This document shows, one piece after another, positions 1 through 11,600 of a DNA stretch of 64,000 bases. A program made the position numbers and the translations under genes. The notes beneath the pieces were generated by a model. The model saw only the letters and a program-made list of their open reading frames with translations. It was not told where the DNA came from and searched no databases. The DNA comes from Mytilus edulis (taxonomy: Eukaryota): the NCBI RefSeq assembly GCF_963676685.1, contig NC_092347.1, positions 80,910,001 through 80,974,000 on the forward strand. The letters are read 5' to 3'. Every line of letters starts with the position of its first letter. The stretch's first letter is position 1.

Positions 1-366
1 AAAAATATATACTATTTAACATCACTACACACAGGCAGACATATACTATTTAACATTACAAATACATATATTTATTTTTTGTTTTGAGCTGAAAGTTAAT
101 TGGTAATATAGATGCACTATAAGCCTTTGTTGCTCAACTTGATCTATGTGCCTTTCAACAATGACCACTCTCCAAAATTAAGACTAGAATATTATTCATG
201 ACATAACTCTCTTGATAATTTTTCTCTATTCAGTTTTTCTGTGTTATTTATTTTGCCAAAAATAAAAAAAAATAGGGGATAAAACCATCTATTGAGCTAA
301 ATAATTTAAACAAAAAGTCGACCCACTATTTTGCTAATGTTTGACTTATTCATAGATCTTGTCTTA

Positions 367-647
367 GGCAGCAACCATTTGATTTTCTGGGGGGGGCTAT
401 GGTTTTTTTTGGAAAAAAAAGTTTGTTTCCAGTTTTTGGAGAAAAAAATAATTTGTTTTTGATTCTGAGAAAAAAAAATTGTTTGTTTCACCCTCAACTG
501 CCACTATATGTAATGCTAAAATTGAAAGAAAAAAATTGTTTTCGACTTGTCGCGAAAAAAATAGATTGTTTTTCGCCGCAGGCGAAAAAAATAATTTGTC
601 CAGAAAAAAAAACCATAGCCCCCCCAGAAAATCAAATGGTTGCTGCC
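367..647. mobile_element. PIF/Harbinger-type MITE in a NAGK intron
   Basis: About 40-bp TIR GGCAGCAACCATTTGATTTTCTGGGGGGG... / ...CCCCCCCAGAAAATCAAATGGTTGCTGCC, flanked by TTA on both sides. Confidence 0.88.
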
Positions 648-731
648 TTATATTACTTTTGTAGCTTTTAAGTTTCAGGATAAATTCTAATGGTGGTATG
701 ATGCCTGAAAAGGTGAAAAATAAAATCTAAC

Positions 732-3700
732 CTGGTCTATCTTTGGTTCCAAGCCAACAATATGTCTGGCAAGAATATCTCCTGCATCACAGAATAACTG
801 TAAACATAATTTATCCTTCTCTTCTGAAGCACCTGAAAAATTACTGAAGGTTTAGAACGAACCTGTAATGACATTTATTTAATAGACACACAATATTATG
901 TCTTCTCTGCTTTTTACTTAAATGCCTACATATCTGTTGACAGTTAATAAAACTATAAAAGTTCACTTCTCTTCACAAAAATTTATACATTTATCATATA
1001 CATGTATGCCACTTTTTTCTCCAAATTTAATCATTTTTGCTCTGTGTTTTTTAGTTTTTTTGTGCTAACTCAGCCTTAGTGTAATTGACAAAGGAGAAGG
1101 TATGATTAGGCTGGTTTTTGATCCCTTGTAATGAAAAACAAATGTATTTTGTCCATCAATAATAAGAAACATGTAACAATTTAATATTCTTGATTTCTAT
1201 AAATGAGGTGCTTCAAGATGATGACAAATTATTGAGGAATTCACAATTACAATACATAGTTTCTTCTGACTATCAAATGGTAGTACTGTGAAAGTACTTT
1301 TATTCATGGGGAACCAATTTTCATGGTTTTCGTGGATTTCGTGGATGAATTTATCCTTGAATTTAAGTGTCCAACGAAATAAAACAACCATTGTCCAAAT
1401 CAAGGCATGGAAAGATCCCCATGTAGGTTTGACTACTGAAATGATCTAGAGAATATATTGAATATCGCCAAATCTGAGAGTACTATTCTAGTAGTGACAG
1501 GGCACACGCACTATGAACTACAACTGTAGACAGGATTATACCCATTTAATCTTAAATATCCTAAACTGTACAACTTTTGATCTTTTAATTCTCAGAAAAA
1601 CTGTTTGTGATCGATGAAAGTCAGTTTTCCGGTATTGATATGCTATGATAAAGTGTTCATTTCATATCCCATAGTTCTCAAACGTATGGGTAATAATAAT
1701 GTTATGCTGGGGTTGCTTTTGATAAGAATTAATTTGCAATTCAAATTACATTTATAGCATTTTTTTAAGTTACTGTTTTCTTTAGAAGACATGTTTATGG
1801 CCTAATTAACACCTTTGATGGTCTTTAATCTGTTGATCAATCTATCTCGGGTTGATTAGTGTGATTACTACGATTAACACGATTTACACGGGTCAATGTT
1901 TACTTTGCAATTTCCTTCAATCCAGACAATTTGTAACTTTCGTTTCTAATAGCTTTCATTTTTTTTTTTAGAAAACTAAAATCAATGAATTTAAAAACCC
2001 ACAAACATTTGAATGTTGCTCAAACCACGAAAATTGATACCCACAAATTAAAATACTTTCACAGTAACTTGGATGGCCTGGTAGATTATCATACAATACC
2101 CTGTTGCAGTTTGCTTACCAGAAAAGATTTACATGTACAATCCGAATTTGGTAACTTATAAATGAAAAAAAAAATTAAATTCTGACAAAAAGCTATTGGT
2201 AAATTTTGGTAAATTTTTAATTCAATTTGAGAAAATTTGAAATTCCATTTCTGTCATCTGTTTTTAAGTCTTTGATGATTGGTAAAAAGAAAATAGCATT
2301 TCCAGACCCTTGTTTCAAACTTATAACAAGTACATATTAAGGCAACACACACTACTTTTTTTATTTTATTGCCAGTATTTCATTAGCCATTTTATACATA
2401 CCACTGACCTCTTGCTAATTCTTTACACATCCCTGCGATGAATGACTTGTCAAAATTGGTGTAGAAACTTCCAAGTATTTGGTTCCTGTCTTGTATCTGT
2501 ATAATAATGAAATAAAAAAAAATCTCAGATCAAAATAATGTAAATTCATTACTTTTCAAGGTAACTAGAAGCCATTGAAGGGCATCATTTCAATTTTCTG
2601 AAGTTTACTAAAGCCATGAAATTTGCTTTACAAAAAAACACACATTTTCAGGTTTAAAACAAGAATGTGTCCTCAGTACACGAATGCCCCACTCGCACTA
2701 TCATTTTCCATGTTCAGTGGACCGTGAAATTGGGGTAAAAACTCTAATTTGGCATTAAAATTAGAAATATCATATCATAGGGGACATGTGTACTAAGTTT
2801 GAAGTAGATTGGACTTAAACTTCATCAAAAACTACCTTGACCAAAAACTTTAACCTGAAGCGGGACAGACGGACGGACGGACAGACCAGAAAACATAATG
2901 CCCCTCTACTATCGTAGGTGGGGCATAAAAATCACAAAATCAGAAACTAGAAGTATTATCACATTAGAACCAATGTAAATTAGAACATAATCTAAACCAT
3001 TTAATGGCATACAATAATGTACCCTAAAACAAAATTATTATGTACATGGTCTATATTTCAGTACAAATCTATGTTATCTCTAAATATATCTCAAACAATC
3101 AAAATTGTCCCTTGCCAGAACCTGGTTTGTTTACTGACCGTGCAAGGGTTGTATAGCCAGTCAGAGTCATTAAAAACTTCCATCGTCACATTATAATATG
3201 TGCTGAAAGTGGTGTTTAGCATCAACAATCAATCAAACGTGTGTTTACAAAAAGATATATGAATTTAAAATAAGTTTTTACCTTAAAATATGTCTTGATA
3301 GTATTCCATACAAATGTACAGTCAAATGGACAAACACAAAGATTGTCCTCATGGTCAAATATGGTTTTTATGGCTCTCTGTGCAATCCAGTAAGCTAAAT
3401 AATGGAAGAAAAAGATAAAAAGTCCTGATGTATTATGTATCATAATAAACGACAATCAAATAATCAATTTCTGAATAAAAAAAATAATTTGGTTGAATAA
3501 CTTTTGTTATATTAATAAACAACACAAGCCTCTTGTCAAGATTTTCTTGTATTCTAACTTGAACAAATTATGATTATTTGAGTAAAATTTTCTTAAGGGA
3601 GACTGCAAAATTAATCAAAGCTGACTCAGATCAAAATAAATAAGTTCAATTGATCAGAGATAAATGAATTTAAAAAACTTGGATTATACCTGCTGTGATA

Positions 3701-6700
3701 AACTATTGCATGTTATCAGAGATTTCAACAAAACACAGCTTGATAGATACATGTTAATCCATTTCCCTTGTTGGTTATATTATGGCATCCAACCTCATCC
3801 TCAATAATGGTGTCCTAAATTTTAAGTTTGCTCTGCCCCAACATATTCAACCATTATCATTATTACAGACAAACCATGAATATTTAGAAACATGTTACCA
3901 AATGTTGCAAGTACACACTCATGCAATTGTAAAATTATTTTGTACAACCTACCTGACCCTTCATCACCAAGGAGATGACCCCAACCACCACACCTATACA
4001 TGCTTCCATCTTCATTGTTTAACTGGCAATTAGACCCAGTCCCTGATATAAGCACTATGCCCCCTGTAAGAAAGAAGAGAGAACTATTTATTTTGTTCTG
4101 ATTACTGTTATATTTTTTACTTCTTCTGCCACTTTTACTTATATATGTAAAAATTCATATTTGTTTTGCATCATGTCGATAAGATATTTGATATATGATA
4201 TTGCATAGTTATTGCGTATTTGAAACTAACCATGTTTAAACAATTTGTTCACACAAAAGTGATGATACCTGGATTGTATATATTTTTGGAATCAGTATAA
4301 AGAAAATGATCAAATGACTCCAGAAGTGACATTATATAAACTGGAAATAGCTAATTATCTCGCTTATTTTAAATGAAAATACACATAAACTACAAAATGT
4401 ATATAGAATGAAATTCAAAACAGTGTGGCTGTGGCCATTGATTGACACATTAAATTCATTCATTGACTGGGACAATTAACGTGAACGTTTGTCTGTAACT
4501 ACCACTGTTCACGACGTACCTACGATAGACATTTAAACTGTGGGGTCACCAAAGGTTTCTTAACGCCTTTAATTATAAAATAATTCGAAAAATTAATCAG
4601 GAATAACCTTTATGTTTTGATTTATATAATTGATATAAATCAAAACATCGTGTTATTTCTGATTAATTTTTCGAATTACTTTATTAAGGTGTTGAGAACC
4701 TTTGGTGACCCCATAGTTTAAGTGTCTTTAAAAAGTACATAGTGAGCAGTGGTCGTTACATACAAACGTTCACCTAAATTGTCCCAGTCAATGGATGAAT
4801 TTAATGTGTCAATCAATGGCCACAGCCACACTGTTTTGAATTTCATTCTATTATTGAATTCAGTATTATATAAACAATCAGCCTCAGTGACCATGAAATA
4901 AAGATAATAACCTAATGCAGTAGCAGTTGCTATGGCACCTGTTGTATCACTAGATACAGACACATCTTGACTTGCATTGGGATATTTTGACTTCATTCCA
5001 TCTATCAACTGTTGTTGTGCCTCTTTCTGGTCAGCTCCACTCATACATAAACCCTTCAATAAAACAACTAAGCAAAATTAAAAATCTATTAATCAGTATC
5101 ACTTCTTTTCCATTTAATTAAAAGAGATTTTCTCTCCTACTGTTATTAAGCAGTAACAAATTTTTCCATGCTTGAGATGAATGTATAATTCTTTAACAGT
5201 TATGGCTATTTTATAATCTTCATTTTTGTTTTTTTCATTTTCTTGCTTTTGGCCAGTTTGTTTGTATGCAGTCTACCCAAATTATTTGCCTTTACATATT
5301 TTACATTTCTAACAAATGATCTAAAATACATGTATACCTTGATCAGGCCCATTGAATTTAGTTAGATTGTAAGGCAATTTATGACAGTAATTGTTTGATT
5401 TTTTTGCAATAGGTACAATAAATAATAAGTTGAATTTTACCCCACAACAGTTATCATAGTTATTGTGTACTTCAATGCATAGATATAGTTGGATCAACAG
5501 CTAGCAAACAAAATTGCACTGGTGCTAGAGAACTGCATCCTAATATGTGAGAAATGCTAAAAATAAAATTTATTTCTATACACACCAAAGATCTAATTGG
5601 TTTATCTGAATCTAAACCAGCAGATTTCTTAGCTTCCTGTGTCATATCATTGACTCTCTTCAGACATTCCTCTTGACCAATCAGCTGTAAAAAGATGTAA
5701 ACTTAAAATATTTTACTAATCAACATAATATAAAAGTATGCCACAATAGTGTGTAATGCTTTAAATCATATGTGGTCAACCAAAATCTTTCGTTAAGTCC
5801 ACTGTTGAAATAGAAAAAAATTTCATTCAGCAATATGAATGGACATATTATATAGCTTAAAATTGGGTATGGGTTTTGCTCATTGTTCAATGTTCAGCAG
5901 TGATATTGTTTGCCTTAAATAACTGGAGAATAAAGGCTTTTTCCCCTGGAGAAGAATCCCAATTTGAAGAAATAAATGGCTTAAAATTATTCCCAAAAAG
6001 ACCACTTTTTTCCCAAACAGTGCAGTCTCAGTAGTGATTGTGCATGAATTCAAACTGATAAACACTCATTTAAACATTGTTCATGCCTAAAATGACTATA
6101 TGTGCAGATTTGAGGGTCTATAAAATTGAGAATGGAAATGGGGAATGTGTCAAAGAGACAACAACCCGACCAAATAAAAAACAACAGCAGAGGGTCACCA
6201 ACAGGTCTTCAATGTAGCGAGAAATTCCCGCACCCGGAGGCGTCCTTCAGCTGGCCCCTAAACAAATATATACTTGTCCAGTGATAATGAATGCCATACT
6301 AATTTCCAAATTGAACACAAGAAACTAAAATTAAAATAATACAAGACTAACAAAGGCCAGAGGCTGTATCATCACTGACAATAAGGGGTCTTATTTCAAA
6401 TGAGGGTTTACCTCTTGAAATGGGGTCTGCAAATTAAAGTTCCAGTCAAACTCATGGTTTATTATAAATTTCCCAATTTGATTTAATATGACACATATTT
6501 TCCCAATTAAAAAGGGTAGAGGTAGTTTTGAAAAAAGCCAACAATATCACTGGTTCAATGTTCAAGGTGGCCTTTAATAACTAATTTCTGTGTCATTTGG
6601 ACTCTTGTGAAGAGTTAATTTTTGTCTCATTGGAAATCATACCCCATCTTCTTATTTTTCCAGTCAGGTAAAGGAAGGATTGAGAGCTCACAAACATGTT

Positions 6701-8474
6701 TGACCCCACCCACCACATGCTTTTTGTGTGTCTTCGAGCCAGAAGCCTGTAATTCAGAGACTGTTGTTAAATCAGGCTGTTAATTGTTTTGACATTTTCT
6801 AGTTTAAATAATAAATTTTCTGGGTGTTGCTCTATTCTTGGAGGCCATACAGTGACCAAAAGTTGTTGAAACTCTCATCCTTTGGTCTTTAGTGGATAGT
6901 CGACTCATTGGTCATTTGGTAAATCATACCACATCTTCATAGTTTTAAATCTGTTCCTTTAAACTTTCAAATACTGTATATATTTATAAAATATTTATGG
7001 AAGTCAAACTTATATGATTTTAATTAATTTCAAGCAATATACAATATTCAACTCTCACTAGTTTATATGAAACCTGTAGTTTTATCATGTTTATATACAT
7101 AAAATATATATACATACCTGCAATAATTATAAATTATAAGGTATACAATTCCATGAAATTATCTATAATCTTAAAAATATGTTTTTAAAATATATTTTCA
7201 ATAATTAAGAAGCTTAACTCATCTGCATTAAGTACAAGTAGGGACTCCCCTTTAAGCACCGACTCTTGGTGCTTTCTGCAAATAAGTCATATTAAATATC
7301 CTTTATTAAATAAACTTTGTTATTTGCAGTATACCTCATAATCAAATGTGGGAGTGCTTAATTGCTTTGTTTTTTATTGGGTTCTTTTTGTATTTTTTTG
7401 TATTTTTTTTTTTTTTTTTTTATATATTAACATTTCTCCGCACTAACTACTAATGCCTCATGTTTGTCTTCTCAAAGTAAAAATACACTTACCGGGTGCA
7501 CTTGATTCATTTTCAACATAGATTCATTGAATAATAATACATTGCTACTATTTTGTTGAGTGTATTTTCTGTATATATTATTTTATTTTATTATTTTTAT
7601 AACACTTGTTACATATCTTTACTGTGTGTGTATTGCATATGTTATTATTTATAATAATACTGTCTGTATCATATGCCCTCCTGGGGCCCTAATTTGGTAA
7701 ATAAAAATATTCTATTCTATTCTATTCTATTCTATTCATACCCACTGATTAGTACATGGTCCTTCACTCCATGCAACAATCTTTCCATCAGATCTGATCA
7801 AAACCATCTTAGACTTTGTGGCTCCTCTGAAAAAAATATTGTATCAATTTAAATGCATATCGGGGCTGAATAAACTCCATAAAAATAAGATGTTCCATTA
7901 GTGGTTCCCCTTAAACTGAACTAATCATGAAGTTTTTGATTAGGCATAGTAACTATTTGATGACCTCCAACAGGTAGGCAAATCTGAATCAGGGTGAACG
8001 TACCCAGATTCACGCCTTGTTAACCGTCCATAATTGGATTAGTTTTCATCATACATTACTTATAAATTATGAAGAGTTAAAAAATATTCCAGATTGAAAT
8101 ATTTCAAATAGTTCCTTGTTTTAATAAAATGTTACAAGTATTGACTTCTTCAAGTTGACAATGTATCAAAAATGGCTCTTTTTAACTGTTTAAGACCCAT
8201 GTACAAATAAAAGGTAAAGCATTGTCATAAAATAATGATGGCAACATGGATATGCAATGCTTTTATAAGTGAGAATCTTGCCAAAGACTGAGTGACAGCC
8301 TCAGGTTAAGCTCTTGGCTTAGGCCTTACCCAAAAATTGTTTGCAAGATATGTTGAAGAAAAATAAATATCTTTTTGGAAATTTTTGACTAAAATTTGTC
8401 TTATTCAAAAAGATATATTGGTGTTATGTGTTAATTTACCCTTCAACTCCTCCATAGTATTCATGTTCACTCAT
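732..8474 (-). CDS. NAGK: N-acetyl-D-glucosamine kinase, multi-exon, 3' end outside the window
   Basis: Exons with GT-AG boundaries and consistent phases: 8440-8474, 7742-7826, 5586-5684, 4912-5053, 3953-4063, 3282-3394, 2409-2496, 732-832 (258 codons). Translation: [43 protein letters not shown]...GLCMSGADQ...[24 protein letters not shown]...[17 protein letters not shown]...FDKSFIAG...[13 protein letters not shown]. These are the NAGK (BadF/BadG/BcrA/BcrD ATPase fold) motifs. Confidence 0.95.
1286..2064. mobile_element. Tc1/mariner-type non-autonomous TIR element
   Basis: TA|CTGTGAAAGTA... and ...TACTTTCACAG|TA, imperfect TIRs of about 40 bp with TA TSD. Confidence 0.75.
2658..2930 (-). mobile_element. 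Helentron/HINE (DINE-1-like) non-autonomous element
   Basis: AACAAG end, (GGAC)n microsatellite at about 2862-2887, terminal palindrome ATGCCCC..GGGGCAT next to an A run. Confidence 0.65.
4403..4851. mobile_element. 449-bp foldback (near fully palindromic) MITE, copy 1
   Basis: ATAGAATGAAATTCAAAACAGTG... / ...CACTGTTTTGAATTTCATTCTAT. The imperfect inverted repeat extends to the centre. Near-identical copy at 13539-13987. Confidence 0.9.
6120..6365 (+). repeat. Interspersed repeat family (unclassified)
   Basis: ATAAAATTGAGAATGGAAATGGGGAATGTGTCAAAGAGACAACAACCCGACC. Reverse-complement copies at about 58540-58828 and 63400-63575. Confidence 0.7.
7119..7736 (+). mobile_element. 5'-truncated non-LTR retrotransposon 3' fragment with (TATTC)n tail, antisense in NAGK intron 2
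   Basis: AATAAA followed by about six TATTC units at 7700-7737. Candidate 6-bp TSD CATACC at 7113-7118 and 7737-7742. The clade cannot be determined. Confidence 0.6.
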
Positions 8475-8645
8475 TTCTGGAGCTAGGTAATTGTAATTCA
8501 ACAGAAAATGGGCGTTTCCTTTCCGGACACGTTTCGTTGTTTATTTATTATTTTGACTTTTTAGTAAGTCTAGAGAATACCAAATGGATCCGCTTCAAAG
8601 AAAAACGTGAAAATTTGTTTTGGTCTAGAAAAAGAAGATTTCGAC
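8475..8645. promoter_or_regulatory. Probable bidirectional promoter shared by NAGK and NOA1
   Basis: Divergent start codons are separated by only 171 bp. Local CpG enrichment and an ETS-type TTCCGG core at 8521-8526. TSS positions are not known. Confidence 0.7.
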
Positions 8646-11600
8646 ATGTTTGGAAGATATGTCAGTCATTGCATTTCACTCCCTTGTAAACTGTCGGGTA
8701 CATTAAAGGAAATAAACAGATCATACTGTGTTACAAAGAAATTAGTACAAATATCACGAACATATTCCACAGAAACTAACAAATCAAGAAACCTGTCTGC
8801 AATTACAGAATTTATGTTAAAGGAAAGAGGATTTGAAGTGAAACAAAAGCAAACTTTTATTTCATCAAAGCAAAACGATCCTACAATTTACGAGCTGGAA
8901 GATGGATTAGAAGATGAGTATGATCTTGAAGAACAAAATCCGTTGATGTATGCTGAAGGAGCATTAGAAGATCATATAGAGGATGTCATAGCTAGTCAAC
9001 AAATACATGTAGATAAAACTGAAAATATTACTTTTACACAGAGTAATGAAGACATCAAAATGGGAAAGCCAGATCCTGCAGTTCCCATGAGCAATATCAC
9101 TTGTCAAGGCTGTGGAGCCTTTTATCATTGTAAAGATCCTTCCATTCCAGGATACTTACCAAGTGAAAGGTTTTTGTCTTTAACAAAACAGCAATTAAGA
9201 AGAAGTCTGTGTCAAAAATGTAGCCTAATGCATAATCACAATATATGTCTTAATGTAAGATCATCTGAGGAAGAATTTCATAAAATTATTGAAACAATAA
9301 ATGAAGAGATGGCTCTTTTAGTGTTAGTTGTTGATGTTACTGATGTCAGAAATAGTTTAATGCCAAACTTATTTAAACTATTAAAAAAACAGAGTCGTCC
9401 AATATTTATAATTGGAAACAAAGTTGATCCAATTCCAATGGATGCATCTGGCTATTTGAAACGAATAAAAAGTTATTTATTTCAAGAATGTAAAGAGGCT
9501 GGTCTCAATCCTAATGGTAACAATATAAAGTACTGTGGACTAATAAGTGCTAAAACAGGGTATGGAATAGAAGACCTAATATCAAACTTAATGGTTCAGT
9601 GGAAACACAATGGTAATGGTCTTTAACATGTTTATAATGTTCTTTACATGTACATACTTTAATTTTGCAATTAATATTGTTTTTAACAATATTATAACAA
9701 CTAATAAAGTAAGAATCAATGAAAAATAACTTCAGAAATTTGCTCTATTTTTCATATAATATAATAAGGAGATGTCACATGTGGTAGGAATATGAACATG
9801 CATGATTGCCAATGAGACACTATCGATTTATGTTATTAATGATAGGATTAGATATATACAAGGAGATACATTTGTACAAAAATCTAGATCTTAACCTATG
9901 GAGGAGACTCTTGCAAATACATGTATTTACTTCTATCATTTACAATTGTCTTAAGATGCGATAAATACTAAAATATTGCATTTTTTATTCATTTAAAGAT
10001 TATTATTTCTTTCAGGGAATGTTTATTTACTTGGAAATACAAATGCTGGGAAATCTACCTTGTTTAATGCACTCCTACAGTCAGATTATTGTAAATCTAG
10101 AGCCAGGGAAATAGTCCATAGAGCTACAGTTTCAGTATGGCCAGGTAAGAACACATTTTTGGTAAAGAATAAATAGCTGCAATGGTTGATCTGGTTAGGG
10201 GTGATAAGTTGATACCTATAAAAATTTCTGTTTAAATCAGTATTTAGTTTGTAATATTCGGTTCCATCAATGCTTTTAAGCAAATATATCATGTATATCA
10301 AACAGAATTAAAATGATCTATAAAAAAAAATTGAAAATATTTTATCTATCATACATGTCATAACGTCCTTTGATCAATGTTGATTAACAATGATTAACCT
10401 AGGTTTCTTAGATATTACTGGTACATGTACATACATGTATGTAGCATGAATGAGCGATACATATATAAGGATTTGAGAATTTAAATGTCCTCAAAGGAGT
10501 ATATTAAAATGCCTGTTAAATGTCTAAACAACACACCAAAAATTCAAGGCTTTAAATATATTATATATTGATAGAAATTAAAGTTTGTGATGGTAAAATG
10601 TATATATGGGTTAGAAAAGTAAAAAAATAAATTAGAATATGCCCTAGATCATGTAGATAGAGTAATTATATATACACACATGTATCACGTATATAGACTT
10701 TTTCCATATTAAAAAAATGCTTTATGGCATATGATTTTTTGTGCAAAAGGAGATATTAAGCCAAAATTTTATAAGATTTTTAAAGTTTAAAGTTTTATTT
10801 TTCTCCCTCTCATCAGGATATCTAATGTGTGTACAATTATATTCACTTTTTTGTGTAGTGCAATGTTATGTTATCATGCTTGAATTGACTTGTACTATGG
10901 TCAATAACAATGTAATTATATTGATAAACACATTTATTTGCTTAATTTTTTTTAATTATTAAATGACTGTCAATAAAAATTTGATAAGTCTTTTAAATAA
11001 TTTTAAATGTCATTTGTGTCACAAGTAATTCAACAATATGATTTTTTTTTTAAATTTTGATATATATTGTATTTAGGAACAACAATCAGTACATTGAAAT
11101 TTCCAATATTGAATCCAAAAACTTGGAGAATGCAAATGCGTGAAGCAAGGTTAAAACAAGACAAACAGATTTTAGTTGAAGAAAGAAATCTCCAGAAATC
11201 TATAGTGCAAGAAAAAGAAAACTTAAGAAATCAATGGAAATCTTCAACTTTGTCAGGTATTTAATGTTATGTAATAAACTTTGTCAGATATTTAATGTTA
11301 TGTAATAAACTTTGTCAGGTATTTACCGAAAATGTTATGTAATAAACTTTGTCAGGTATTTAATATGATAAAAAGATCACAATTTCATGTGTTTTAAAAT
11401 TTGTATTACCATGTTATACTGTAAATTCAGAAGTTTTTTATCATTGTGATTTCTGGAAATGTTGCAAACAAATACAAATGTATAGCAAATAATTCTATCA
11501 AAATTTTCAATGTTATTGTGAGTTTTTATCATCAATAAATAGTTTGATTTCATAATCAATATATATTTATTATTGAAGTGTTCATTCTAACTGTTTGATG

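Noticed and set aside
306-671. Short overlapping ORFs here and similar 60-100 aa ORFs elsewhere in the track
   Set aside because: They fall in MITEs, AT-rich introns or antisense to real genes, often with non-ATG starts and no motifs.
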